From a virus, in the IMG/VR virus record IMGVR_UViG_3300042519_001698: a DNA stretch of 64,000 nt. The stretch is one strand, 5' to 3'. The position numbers were made by a program, and so were the translations under genes. This document shows, in pieces, positions 20,867 through 31,930 of the stretch. The notes below the pieces were generated by a model. That model was not told where the DNA came from and made no database searches. It was given only the letters and a program-made list of their open reading frames with translations. Within the stretch, counting starts at the first letter, position 1, and the number at the start of each line of letters is the position of its first letter.

Positions 20867-23800
20867 TTAAACCAATTTAAAATAAACAAAGTCACCGTTA
20901 TTGATACCTAATTGTTTGAATAATTCATTAGATAATGAAATACCATATGTGTCAGAATCGGGTCCAATGTTAACCGCACCACTTATATTTGTTTTACTTA
21001 TCATTTCAGTATTTGGGGTTGGGTCTATTTTAACTCTAATACCTTTACCGTTATCACCATCTGGATTTAAGAAAACCGTTGTTGCATTAACAATAAAGTC
21101 CGCAACATTCATATTTGATAATTTTTTATTGGTTATATCAAATTTGGTTGAGTAGAATAGATTTTTACTATCCTTAATATCTTCCCATAAAATTTTACCT
21201 GTATTAATTGAAGTAATCATAGAATTGTAATTACCAAGAACTTGTCGATTAACTAATTTATTAATAATCTGCATTTCATTTGAATCTTGTAATACGTTAT
21301 CCTTACTTCCCATTCTGACAGCTTTAGCCTTATAAAAACTTTCACCTTTATATGTAACTTTTTGTATTCCTTTAATATTTTTATACCCGTTAAATGGAAT
21401 ACCATATAAATCTAAATCCTTATCCAATTCTAATTTCTCATCATTGTTTGGTATTGTATTTCCATTATCGATTGTACCCGTACCGTTAGGTGTGGTTATT
21501 GTTTGTTCGGTGGTTGGTTTTGGTGCCGTTTCTTGTTTAAATTTAGTTAAAGCATTCATTGTTATTTTATCAAACAATGATTTATAACTAGATGTGAATG
21601 AATCTTCAAATGTTGGTAATGCTTCTTTAGGGATACGAGTACCTTTAAAATTAGTGGTGATTTTATTACCCTTAACATTATGACTAACTTCAGTTATCCA
21701 ATATGTTCCCTTAAAAATTGGAATATTTTTTAGATAAAAATACATCGTTGGTTGAATCATGACACAACCCATCATTGTAATTTCACAACTATATGATGCT
21801 TGTCTATATACCTCATATAGATTACTATCAATTTGATAAGCCGCGGCACCTGTTGCTGAACGACCCATATTTTCATAAATCTTAAAGGTTTCAGTTGTGT
21901 TCTTAATTGTATCTTGAGATACTTGAACTCCTTTAAAAATTCCCTGATTTTGGTCACCAACACTAATATCAAAAGCGACGACTTTATTTGACCTTGCCAT
22001 ATTTTCAGCTGAGAAAATTTCAGGGTTAGTTAAAATCATAGGGTTGTTAACATTACTACCAATATCATGACTGTCATCATTGAATTTATAATCAGGACTA
22101 ATATCTGATAAATCCGGATTTTTAGAAGTTGTATTAATATATTGAATTATAATTTTAGGTGACGATTCTTCATAGTCAACATCTAAAAATGTTCCGAAAA
22201 CCGAACTTGCAGCCTCTCTAGATGATTTGATTTTTTGTTTGGACCCTGAAAAATTTGTTCCGTAAAAATTAACATATGCAGGCATTGGTTTCATGTCAAA
22301 ACCTTGATTATCACCAATTAACATATTACAAACACTATATAAATCTATAGAACCGTTTTCTGTCATTTCTAAATCTATTAATTTGGTTATATCGATATAT
22401 GCTAAATCACCAATATCTCTATTTGCCCTATCTAAAAATAAAAATTCTTCCAACATTGATTTTTGACCAATTGAGTTACCTGAAGCCCATTTGTCATTGA
22501 ATGATTTAAAATAATTGTATAAATCTAATTTGGTAGCATCGTTATTAAAACCCTTAAGGTCTAAAGCGTTTAGTGGATTTCCTTTACCTTTAAAAGTGAT
22601 ATCATTTAATTTTATTATAAATTGAATCAGGTATGTACCAAAATTAGTCAAATATGGTGTTAACATATTAGTAACCAAGTATTCTTTAAATCCTGTTTTT
22701 GTTGTGAATTTATTAGCTTTAAATCCGCCAGCAAAAATGTAAATTAAAGGTCTAAACCTTTTTATATTTTCTTCACTAAATTCAACATCACAAATTGTAA
22801 AAAATTTCAAATAATTACCATCTAAATCTTCACCCACATATAGTTTAAAGTACTCCGAAGTTCCTGGTGTATATTCTAACGCAACAGTTGTACCTGTTGT
22901 TATTTGTGAAGATTCAAACTTTTCATATGATAATGTTGTATTCGGATTGTTACCACTAAACCCTTCTAATATGTGACTATTCATTTCTCTTGGATTTGCA
23001 ATAGTGATTTTAATCATATTATCAGAACTAAGTAAATCTTTCGTTATACTCTTTAATTTAATTTCTTGTTGTTCTCTAATTGAACCAATGATAACCTCAT
23101 GGTCGGTTTCGTCATTACTAATAATTGGGACAGTAACAATATCTTTTAATAATTCTTGGAAATTTTGATACTTTACTTCATGTCGTTTATTATCTTCTTC
23201 TAAAAGTGTTTCAAACGAGTATGTTTTTACTTCAACATTTTGACTGTCGGAAGCGAATTCTAAAAAATAATTTTCAAATGATTCTAATACCTCATGATTA
23301 AATGTTGCAATTAAATCCATTACCTTACGATATGTTCCACTTAAATAAAAACTATTGTCGGTTAAATTACTTCTTTCTTCAGATGTGTCTAAACTTAAAA
23401 GATATTCATTTGGTCCGTTAAATGTAACACCACTATAATCTTTAGTTATTTTTTCATCTGAATTCCAAATAACTCTAAATGAACTTTGTTCGTCTTTTGA
23501 AAAAACACCATCATAATTTTCTAACGCATTTGATCCGTCAGATGGTAGTAACGTGTAAAAACTTTCAGTTCTTAAACTTAATTCATTATTTTTAATCCAA
23601 TTGGTGTAATATCTTAAATTTTTATTTTTTCTAACCCTACTGTAGTGTCCTTTATTAGGTTGTGTTCTATCATAATATGAAGCAACGTCATTAACATCAT
23701 AAAATGTGTAATCATGAATAATTTGGTGGAATATAGCATCGTAGAATGGGTGAACACCTAATTCGGTTTTTTCACTATGTTTAAGTCCTAAGTAATTGTC

Positions 23801-26743
23801 AAATATTGGGTCGTGAAAAACGTTATCTAATACATCAATACTTAAATCACCAAAAGTATGTCCACTATTATTATCAAAAAATGTACTTCCTGAAATTGGT
23901 GTTGTAATTCCTGATAGAATATCTTCATTTTCAAGTAACTTCTTTTTATATCTGTGATATAATGAGCCCCATTTCAACATCAAGTGATACGGTACATAAT
24001 GTGTTGATGCAACCTCTTTAAACATATCAGAAATTCTAACACTTGTCATTCTTTCATTAAAAATGATGGTGTCTTCTAAATTTTTATATGGTAAAGAATT
24101 TAATAAAAGGTATGCTGACCCCGCATATTTTCCGTATAATTTTCCGTTTGTAAAATCTTTATAAAGTTGTTTATGGAAATATGGTGTATTAAGTACATTT
24201 ACAAATTCACCATCACTAATTTTCAATGTGTAGTTAAACATGTTTTCAAGGTAAGAACCTTTAACCCATGGTGTTGTTTCGTTTGGTGTATTAATGAATC
24301 CTTTTTTTGTTTCAACCCTGAATAAATCAAGATATGTTAAATTAGACCTATCGTATGATGGTTTATTTATGTATGAAAGGTATTCATCAGAATTGAATGG
24401 GTAAACATTTGTTCGGTATTCTTCTGATTTATAGTTTTGTAACTCTTTAGATAATTCAGGATACTCTTTATCGTTATCTACGTTTAGTTTTTCAGTATAG
24501 TTTGCTGTGATGTCAAACGTATTTTGTAAAACATTTTGAATACTCATAGTTGTATCCATATTATCCAAATAATAAAGATATCTATCGTTAGGTGAAAAAG
24601 CTTGGATGTAATCTTTTAACTTTTGAACATCCTGTACTTTCTTTAAAACTTCAATGATGTCATAATCCTCCTCAAATGTATTTTTTATATTATCAAATTC
24701 AATATTAGCTAATTCAATATATGATGTTTTTGTAAATGGATTTATAAAACTGATATATTTTCCTCTTTCATAAATTTCATATAATATAGATGCTAAACTC
24801 TTATCCGTATATGGAATTTTACCAACAATAAGATTTAATAAATCTGAAACTGGTTTAATTTGATTTGAATCCTTATCGTCTTCAAAAATTAAATTTGTTT
24901 TAGTTACTCCACCTTCCTTATCGGCTAACGTATCTTCTTTTTTAGTAATAATACTAATATATGTTTCTAAGAAATCAATCTCAGGCCATAATATTTTATC
25001 GTTTGTCTGTAATATTTCAACTAAATCACTCGAACCAGGATAAGCAAGTTCATTTTGATTGGTTTTAAATGATGGTTTAGTAATTTTAGGCCATGGGTAT
25101 ATTGAATCCCCATCTTTAGCTTCATTACTATATTCTTTTGTTATAAGTTTTTTTCTTTCGGGTCCGATTTCAAAAGCTTTAAAATGGACATCTTTAAGAA
25201 AACGTACATATACCTCGGCATTTGCTAAAACAACCGCAAACACGTTTCTAATGGTTGGGTCAAATCCCAATCCATTAGTTTTATCTTTAACCACTTCATT
25301 CATCTTTCGTTCAATTGTCGTTTGAACTTTGTCTCTTTCTGTGTTAAAGTTTTTTTGTAAATCATACACATCCTTAACTAATGAAGCATAATTTACCGCG
25401 ATATGGTTGGTGTCGGGATTGTCTAGTACTTTATAATAACTCTTTACGTCACTCTTAACATTATTGATTATATCTAATCTGAGTTTTTTTGATATGTCAC
25501 TATTTGTGTCCTTATTTTGTAATCTAATATATGTTATAATTTTTTCAATTTCCTTGTTGTAAAAATTTATCTGATATTCTAATGTTTTAGCCTCCTTAGG
25601 ACCTAAAATATTTATTGTTTCCGTTTTATCTTGACTCGATAATTTAAAATATTTAATACCGTTTTCAACATAAACATCATTACTCAAATATAGAATTGTC
25701 CACGCCTTTATACTATCAACAAAATTTTGTATAACACCTTCTAATTCTTTTAGACCACCAAAAACTTTATAATCTACGGAACTTCCAAATATTTGTTTTT
25801 CTAAAATACTATCTAATCTTTTAGCCTTACTTATTAACTCACGTAAAGTTAAAACGGGAAAATCCTTAGAGATTAATCCTTTGGTTTTATACTCATTGTA
25901 AATTGAAGTTAAAAGAGAATAACCTTTAGATGACTTTGAAATTCTTTTTGTTATTATCTTATCTTTATCGTTTGTTTTTACGTCCACACTTTTTTCAATA
26001 TAATAAAGGTATGGTGCTGCGAGAATACCATTCAAAGGTATTTCAGAAAAGTAAGCGTAGGTTTGTCCAACAAATGTACATGTTATATCAAAATTACCAT
26101 TACCATCATTATACTTTGACGTAAATGATGTCATGTGTAATCTATATCTAATCGCCTTACCGTAATAACCCTTGATTGTTAGGTAAAATATTGGCCACGG
26201 TAAATGAAAAAATGATGCATATGGTGAATTTTGTTCTCCACTCATTAATGTCTTACCTCTAACATCGACAAAATTAATAGACACTTTAGGTAAACCAATT
26301 GCGTTTACTGTCATTGAAATACTATCAATTCCAAAACCTTGTCCGGAACTATCCATATTATTGGGTACGTTAGGAAAAATACCAGTAAGCGCACCGACCA
26401 CTAAATTTATTACTTCATCTTTTTCTGTATATGCTTTTGGGTTAAAATAATCAGTCCAAGAGGTGTCAAAATCTTTACCGTTTTGATTACTCATTAAATT
26501 TAAAGTACCACCAGCAATAGAACTTAATCTACCCTTTCCCTTTTCATCTGAAACGGATAATACTGTTCTTGGTATCAAATCAGCTTCCAAATTTACAAAC
26601 ATAACCAACTTTTCAGGGTTGGTGTGTCTTGGTTCTACTAAATTATCTTCATTAACGACAGAATTTGGGTCTATACAAATTACGTTGTTTTCATCTAATC
26701 TAATATGTAAATTTTCAGTCTCTTGTATTTTATTGTTCCCCAT
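20867..26743 (-). CDS. Very large baseplate hub protein (gp27/gpD-like N- and C-terminal segments)
   Basis: 1958 aa; N-terminal FGIDSISMT...PKVSINFVDVRG; C-terminal SYSCEITMMG...IQPTMYFYLKNIPIFKGTYWITEVSHNV; follows the LysM/gp53-like gene. Confidence 0.65.
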   Translation of the reverse strand: MGNNKIQETENLHIRLDENNVICIDPNSVVNEDNLVEPRHTNPEKLVMFVNLEADLIPRTVLSVSDEKGKGRLSSIAGGTLNLMSNQNGKDFDTSWTDYFNPKAYTEKDEVINLVVGALTGIFPNVPNNMDSSGQGFGIDSISMTVNAIGLPKVSINFVDVRGKTLMSGEQNSPYASFFHLPWPIFYLTIKGYYGKAIRYRLHMTSFTSKYNDGNGNFDITCTFVGQTYAYFSEIPLNGILAAPYLYYIEKSVDVKTNDKDKIITKRISKSSKGYSLLTSIYNEYKTKGLISKDFPVLTLRELISKAKRLDSILEKQIFGSSVDYKVFGGLKELEGVIQNFVDSIKAWTILYLSNDVYVENGIKYFKLSSQDKTETINILGPKEAKTLEYQINFYNKEIEKIITYIRLQNKDTNSDISKKLRLDIINNVKSDVKSYYKVLDNPDTNHIAVNYASLVKDVYDLQKNFNTERDKVQTTIERKMNEVVKDKTNGLGFDPTIRNVFAVVLANAEVYVRFLKDVHFKAFEIGPERKKLITKEYSNEAKDGDSIYPWPKITKPSFKTNQNELAYPGSSDLVEILQTNDKILWPEIDFLETYISIITKKEDTLADKEGGVTKTNLIFEDDKDSNQIKPVSDLLNLIVGKIPYTDKSLASILYEIYERGKYISFINPFTKTSYIELANIEFDNIKNTFEEDYDIIEVLKKVQDVQKLKDYIQAFSPNDRYLYYLDNMDTTMSIQNVLQNTFDITANYTEKLNVDNDKEYPELSKELQNYKSEEYRTNVYPFNSDEYLSYINKPSYDRSNLTYLDLFRVETKKGFINTPNETTPWVKGSYLENMFNYTLKISDGEFVNVLNTPYFHKQLYKDFTNGKLYGKYAGSAYLLLNSLPYKNLEDTIIFNERMTSVRISDMFKEVASTHYVPYHLMLKWGSLYHRYKKKLLENEDILSGITTPISGSTFFDNNSGHTFGDLSIDVLDNVFHDPIFDNYLGLKHSEKTELGVHPFYDAIFHQIIHDYTFYDVNDVASYYDRTQPNKGHYSRVRKNKNLRYYTNWIKNNELSLRTESFYTLLPSDGSNALENYDGVFSKDEQSSFRVIWNSDEKITKDYSGVTFNGPNEYLLSLDTSEERSNLTDNSFYLSGTYRKVMDLIATFNHEVLESFENYFLEFASDSQNVEVKTYSFETLLEEDNKRHEVKYQNFQELLKDIVTVPIISNDETDHEVIIGSIREQQEIKLKSITKDLLSSDNMIKITIANPREMNSHILEGFSGNNPNTTLSYEKFESSQITTGTTVALEYTPGTSEYFKLYVGEDLDGNYLKFFTICDVEFSEENIKRFRPLIYIFAGGFKANKFTTKTGFKEYLVTNMLTPYLTNFGTYLIQFIIKLNDITFKGKGNPLNALDLKGFNNDATKLDLYNYFKSFNDKWASGNSIGQKSMLEEFLFLDRANRDIGDLAYIDITKLIDLEMTENGSIDLYSVCNMLIGDNQGFDMKPMPAYVNFYGTNFSGSKQKIKSSREAASSVFGTFLDVDYEESSPKIIIQYINTTSKNPDLSDISPDYKFNDDSHDIGSNVNNPMILTNPEIFSAENMARSNKVVAFDISVGDQNQGIFKGVQVSQDTIKNTTETFKIYENMGRSATGAAAYQIDSNLYEVYRQASYSCEITMMGCVMIQPTMYFYLKNIPIFKGTYWITEVSHNVKGNKITTNFKGTRIPKEALPTFEDSFTSSYKSLFDKITMNALTKFKQETAPKPTTEQTITTPNGTGTIDNGNTIPNNDEKLELDKDLDLYGIPFNGYKNIKGIQKVTYKGESFYKAKAVRMGSKDNVLQDSNEMQIINKLVNRQVLGNYNSMITSINTGKILWEDIKDSKNLFYSTKFDITNKKLSNMNVADFIVNATTVFLNPDGDNGKGIRVKIDPTPNTEMISKTNISGAVNIGPDSDTYGISLSNELFKQLGINNGDFVYFKLV

Positions 26744-27056
26744 AATATAAGTTATACAATTCTACACCACTTTTATAATCTTGTAAAGAGGTAATTAATG
26801 GAAATGGTATTCTTAAGTATGAATTGTCGGGTATTGTGAATTCTAAACCACCTACTGATGGATTTGCTTGTAAAATTAACCAACCAAATAACGGTGTACC
26901 ATAATATTCTTGTGATACCTTATCTAATCTGTCTTTACCTTTTTTATATTGTAAGTATTTGTCGGTTCCTTTTATTGGTAATTCAATTCCTGGTACAATT
27001 CTAAATCCTCCGTCTTTTAAAAATAGTTGGTATCTATTGAAATATTGTCTACTCAT
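26730..27056 (-). CDS. Baseplate wedge protein, gp53/LysM-like
   Basis: KDRLDKVSQEYYGTPLFGWLILQANP...LRIP, a LysM-like pattern. Confidence 0.8.
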   Translation of the reverse strand: MSRQYFNRYQLFLKDGGFRIVPGIELPIKGTDKYLQYKKGKDRLDKVSQEYYGTPLFGWLILQANPSVGGLEFTIPDNSYLRIPFPLITSLQDYKSGVELYNLYYGEQ

Positions 27057-30000
27057 TTTTTATAATAGTTTAAATTAGATGGGTCTAAGAATGGTTTATT
27101 AACAAAAATCTTGTTTAGAATTTTACCTTCAGCATCATCAAGTAATTCGTCTTGTTCTTCAATTTCATATCTAATTGGTATTTCTTTAGCAAATTTTGGA
27201 GCCGTTAAAATATCATACCCAAATTCTTCATATTGTGGTGTTGTTGTAATTTTTATTACGGTATCAAAATATAACTCTATTTGATCAAAGTATGTTGTTG
27301 AACTTTCTGGTAATTCAACTGAGAATACACCATTATAAGTTTCATTTGACTTATTATATTCATCTAAAAATTTACTCTTTTCGTCTTTAACTAAGTAGTG
27401 AACAATTTCAACTAATTGATCATTTGTTATAATGATATTTTCGGCAATTGAAGTTCCTTCGATTGCTTCAATATTATCTGTGGCCTCTTTAAAGAAGTTC
27501 ACCATTTCATAATATTTTGAATAGAACTCATATGACGATACAAAGTTTTTTAATTTTGCGTACTTATATTTTGCATCAGATATTTGTCCGTCATGTGCAC
27601 CTAATGGGTTACCGTTTGGTAATAAAGTACTTTCTGATGTCATGATAAAATTAAGTTTATCAATAATTTCAATAATTTTATCTCTTTTTTCGGTTAACCC
27701 CTTATCAACATATCCTTCGTCTATAATATTATTTAGTTTAGTTTTTATTAATTCAGGTAAAAAAGATTGTAGTGTTCCTTCTGATGCTTCATTCCATTGA
27801 GGGTCTTTCATTTGATCTAAATAAAAATTAAAAACAACTTCAGTTAAATTAGTATTTTTTAATTTATCAATAAACTTAGGAATAAAAATATTCATTAATG
27901 TAGACCTTTCTTTACCCTTATCAGGAATACCTAAAACTTTTAAATTAATAGTATCTCCACTTGTTGGTCCAGTTTGTACCTTTAGTATGTTATTTTTTCT
28001 ATAGTTATGTGAAAAATATAAATCAATAAAATTTTTACTGTACTGATTGTACTTATTTTGATACTCAATCTTGTATGTAATTAAATAGGATTTCATTTCA
28101 TCATTTAATTCAGATATGATATCGGTATAATCCATAAATTTATCACTTACTCTTCCAATGTATTTACCATCAACAACGTCAATTATACCAGCATTTAAAT
28201 CGTTAATTAATTCAAACTCAGGTTTTTTAGTTAATTTCTCAATAAATTCCTTAGTAAAATCTTCAGCCCTTTTTCCGTTAATAATTGTGTTAGTAGCTTC
28301 AGATCTTTCGTCATATATTTCGGTGTTTGCAAAGAAATTTGACGATAAAGCATTTTGTAATTTATTAACAGGTGTTTCCAATCCTTGTCCACCAATGAAA
28401 CTAAGTTGTAATGTAACACTCGCAATCATTGGTTGCATACCAATTCCTTCGGGATTCATATCCCAAGGACTATCATCATAACTAATATTAATATCTTTTA
28501 TGATAACTTTAGAATGATAAAAATCCCCAATTCTTAAAACACAAATTGGTGGTGGACCAAAAGTTGTATTTCTAGCGGTCTTATCTAATTTATTATTTAT
28601 GATTGGTATTGTATCTCCAGGTCTTAAACATTGTAATAAGAATGTTAATCGACTATTCAATCCCTCGGGTGTTGTTGAGTGGAAAGCCGGATGGAAATAT
28701 TTTAATTTTTCTCTTAGTGATGAAAATTGTAACGGAGAATCTTCTTCCAATTTTTTAAAATAATGACACTCTGATAAAGTTTTCATTATTATTCTTTTCA
28801 TCACATCAATAGTTGGTTTATTTGGTGGTCTACCTCCAACTGTTTTCTTATCAGGACTAACTTTTAATCTAGGAACTTTAACTGTTTGTCCTTCTATTTT
28901 TTTAGTTGTTTTGTTTTTATATTCAATCTGAACTTCAGCACTTCTACAATAAAACGCGATAGGTGCATGGTCTTTTAATCCTGTTTTTGTTTTAATTTCT
29001 TTTTTACAATCAATATTACCAACTCCATTAAAATTTGGTACGTCGGAACTTTCTCCCTCGGTTGCAATTTCAATAATAAATTTACCCTCAATATCGTATC
29101 CTAAATCTTTGAAATTAATTGAAAATATATCTCTTACACCTTTATCGGCTTCGGGTGCTAATTGTTCATCTGTATACCAAGTGATTATCTTTTCATCAAA
29201 TTGGTCTAATCCACTAATCTTATTAAGAAAATCAACAAGAATACTATATGATCTTCTAACACCTAAATAAAAATTATATTTATCGGTTGCAACTTCAGAT
29301 GTTGATGCGTTTATCGTTACTTTAACTTCATTACTAACAGTCTTACCTGAAAGATTATTTTTTAATTCTGTAACAAACGTGGTATAATCTGTGTAACTTT
29401 TTTCTAAAGCGGTAAATCCATCTTCAGCTTGTTTTACAACTTGTTTAGCGTTGTCGATAGTTATTTCCACTCCAGTTTTATTTACCTTATCAAAAATAAC
29501 TTGTTGGTCATGTATTTGATTTTTTGTTGTACCGGTTATTAATCCACTTGTAGTTGTACTACCAGTTAACTCCTCACTTAATTCACTTATAAATTGACTT
29601 TTTTTAGAAATATATTCGGTGTAAATATTACCAAATTGTTCCGCCGTTTTTCCTTGTTGTGATGTTTTTTGTGGTCTATCGTTTTGAAAAAATAGTCTTG
29701 ATGTTAATTTTTTAGGTTCCTCACTTTCTTCAGTTTTTCCAGGGATTTCTTCTGGAACTTGTTCACTTGTAAATGTTAAACTTTCAATAACTTGTGGTTC
29801 AACACCCTTGTCTAAATAAGATTGAATTAATGTAACATCTTCCCTATCTAACGTTGTATATGTTTGAATTAAATCATAAAAATCTAAATCTGTACATCCA
29901 GCAAAAAACGCATTTATATAGTTATCAGCCTCTTCATTAGACATTCCTTTAAAATGTTCTCTTACTAATAAATTTAATATACTTGGATGGTCAACAACAA

Positions 30001-31906
30001 CTTTAAATGATAGTGTACCGTTTCTTTCAGAATCTTGATACGTGTAAATTGGTTCGGGTCTACCAACGAAAGTATTTTTATCCCAGTTTGCACTATTTTG
30101 TTCTGTCACTTTTAAATCATATGGTGGAAACCACATAACCCTTCCTCCGTTATTTCCTCTTTCACAAGCCGGTAAATCGTTAACGGTAAATCCCGCTCTA
30201 TTAGATGTTTTCCATGCTAAGTTTTCAATTGAAAACATATATTTTTTAGCATAAAAATTACTTCCATATGTTGACCCTGAAACTATGTTTGTTGAACCGT
30301 CAAATGATTTTTTACCATTAGACATTGGTGCAATATTTAAATTCCATACTCTACTTGCTCCACCCATTACACTACCTTCAAACTTTCTATACATGGTAGT
30401 TGTTCTCATGGTATCAGAAAGATTCATATAAGAACGGTCTTTAGTCCAAACTCTACAATATTCTACACCAGCTTCTTCTTTGGAAAATTTCTCAATGTAT
30501 TTTATTGCAGAACCTTTTGACATAACCATGTTACCATCTTTAAATAATCTTGTTGATTGGTCAATCGCGTTAGAAACTTGATTTGACTGTTTCAACATAT
30601 CTTGTGTGTAACTTAAAATTGAATTGTCAGTAAACCCACTATATTCACTACTAGTGGAAATTGATTTTTCATATAATGTACTTTCACCACTCCACTCTTT
30701 GTTGTTTGAACCATACTTTGGTTTGTTCTGTCTATCATTTGATATCCATGTTAAATTACCAGCAATATTACCTCCTTCAGATATTGATGTGTTTCTTCTA
30801 AAAACTTCCGCAGCTTTAGGGTCAAAAAATGATGATAAATAAAAACTACTTTGTGTTGGTCTATCAAATTGGTCGTGTAAAATATTTGAAACAGAGTTAC
30901 CTCTATCGTCACCAATATAACCACTAATTTTAGGAGCCTCACTTCCTCCTGTCATTTTCTTAACTAAATTTATACCTTTACTTATTCCATTGAATAATCT
31001 AGATGTATTTTGTGACCTTGCTAATATTGTATAATCAGGACCAAATTTATTAAATGATAAATTATCAAATAATCTATTCTTCTGTCCTGAACCCATGTGT
31101 TCTAATAACAAATCAGATGGTGACCTATCCTTTCTTGGTCTTCTATTAATACCAATCATTGAACCTAAAGTTCCTGTAACATCTTGAAATATTTTACCAA
31201 CTTGAGTTTTAGCTTCAGGTCTTTCTTTTTCTTGTGTTTTATTATCTCTTGGATTTTGTGGTACACTTAAATAATCGCCAGGTATTTGTGAAAATGGTAA
31301 TTGAACTCCACCAACTAACTTTAAAAAATCAACAGCTAAACCTGGAATACTAAGTCCACTTTCGGCTGTAATTTTATAATTCGCTTCAATAAGTGGTTCT
31401 CTACCTGTTATAATATTAATTGCCGTTGTTGCATTCCCATTTAATGCGTCTAAAATTCTTGCTCTACCTGTTGTATTTTTTTCTACATTTTGTGCAATCC
31501 TTGAATAAACAGGTCCTTGTGTATTGTATTTTATATTGTTCGCAGCAAATTTAAATAATTCAGATTCATTAGTATATGTTGAACCTCCTGTTGCAATACC
31601 AACTAAATTATAATTATTACTTATAAAACTCGGATATAAATTTAAACTATTTGTTATTTGAACCGTATTAATATTTTGAATATAATTAATATTTTCTGGT
31701 GCGTATGTGTTTGTAAATGGATTACCATTTAAACTCGGATTTGTTGGTTCAACGCCACCTAACATTTTATTAGATGTTTCGGCAGTATTTTGTACCGTAT
31801 AAGACGCATTAGTAAAACTTTGAGGTCCGTTTGGTTGTTTCAAAGTCTTACCTAAAATATAGTCTCTAAACTTTTTGGTTGAATCAAAATCTAAGTTACT
31901 TGGCAT
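27053..31906 (-). CDS. Large tail-tube initiator/baseplate protein (gp48/gp54-like segments) with an inserted OmpA-like domain
   Basis: 1617 aa; FPPYDLKVTEQNSANWDKNTFVGRPEPIYTYQDSERNGTLSF and PPPICVLRIGD...MIASVTLQLSFIGG flank an OmpA_C-like region. Confidence 0.6.
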   Translation of the reverse strand: MPSNLDFDSTKKFRDYILGKTLKQPNGPQSFTNASYTVQNTAETSNKMLGGVEPTNPSLNGNPFTNTYAPENINYIQNINTVQITNSLNLYPSFISNNYNLVGIATGGSTYTNESELFKFAANNIKYNTQGPVYSRIAQNVEKNTTGRARILDALNGNATTAINIITGREPLIEANYKITAESGLSIPGLAVDFLKLVGGVQLPFSQIPGDYLSVPQNPRDNKTQEKERPEAKTQVGKIFQDVTGTLGSMIGINRRPRKDRSPSDLLLEHMGSGQKNRLFDNLSFNKFGPDYTILARSQNTSRLFNGISKGINLVKKMTGGSEAPKISGYIGDDRGNSVSNILHDQFDRPTQSSFYLSSFFDPKAAEVFRRNTSISEGGNIAGNLTWISNDRQNKPKYGSNNKEWSGESTLYEKSISTSSEYSGFTDNSILSYTQDMLKQSNQVSNAIDQSTRLFKDGNMVMSKGSAIKYIEKFSKEEAGVEYCRVWTKDRSYMNLSDTMRTTTMYRKFEGSVMGGASRVWNLNIAPMSNGKKSFDGSTNIVSGSTYGSNFYAKKYMFSIENLAWKTSNRAGFTVNDLPACERGNNGGRVMWFPPYDLKVTEQNSANWDKNTFVGRPEPIYTYQDSERNGTLSFKVVVDHPSILNLLVREHFKGMSNEEADNYINAFFAGCTDLDFYDLIQTYTTLDREDVTLIQSYLDKGVEPQVIESLTFTSEQVPEEIPGKTEESEEPKKLTSRLFFQNDRPQKTSQQGKTAEQFGNIYTEYISKKSQFISELSEELTGSTTTSGLITGTTKNQIHDQQVIFDKVNKTGVEITIDNAKQVVKQAEDGFTALEKSYTDYTTFVTELKNNLSGKTVSNEVKVTINASTSEVATDKYNFYLGVRRSYSILVDFLNKISGLDQFDEKIITWYTDEQLAPEADKGVRDIFSINFKDLGYDIEGKFIIEIATEGESSDVPNFNGVGNIDCKKEIKTKTGLKDHAPIAFYCRSAEVQIEYKNKTTKKIEGQTVKVPRLKVSPDKKTVGGRPPNKPTIDVMKRIIMKTLSECHYFKKLEEDSPLQFSSLREKLKYFHPAFHSTTPEGLNSRLTFLLQCLRPGDTIPIINNKLDKTARNTTFGPPPICVLRIGDFYHSKVIIKDINISYDDSPWDMNPEGIGMQPMIASVTLQLSFIGGQGLETPVNKLQNALSSNFFANTEIYDERSEATNTIINGKRAEDFTKEFIEKLTKKPEFELINDLNAGIIDVVDGKYIGRVSDKFMDYTDIISELNDEMKSYLITYKIEYQNKYNQYSKNFIDLYFSHNYRKNNILKVQTGPTSGDTINLKVLGIPDKGKERSTLMNIFIPKFIDKLKNTNLTEVVFNFYLDQMKDPQWNEASEGTLQSFLPELIKTKLNNIIDEGYVDKGLTEKRDKIIEIIDKLNFIMTSESTLLPNGNPLGAHDGQISDAKYKYAKLKNFVSSYEFYSKYYEMVNFFKEATDNIEAIEGTSIAENIIITNDQLVEIVHYLVKDEKSKFLDEYNKSNETYNGVFSVELPESSTTYFDQIELYFDTVIKITTTPQYEEFGYDILTAPKFAKEIPIRYEIEEQDELLDDAEGKILNKIFVNKPFLDPSNLNYYKK

Positions 31907-31916
31907 TATTTTTATT

Positions 31917-31924
31917 TATAAATA
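31917..31924 (-). promoter_or_regulatory. Candidate late promoter TATTTATA
   Basis: 10 nt upstream of the 31906 start. Confidence 0.6.
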
Positions 31925-31930
31925 GATATT

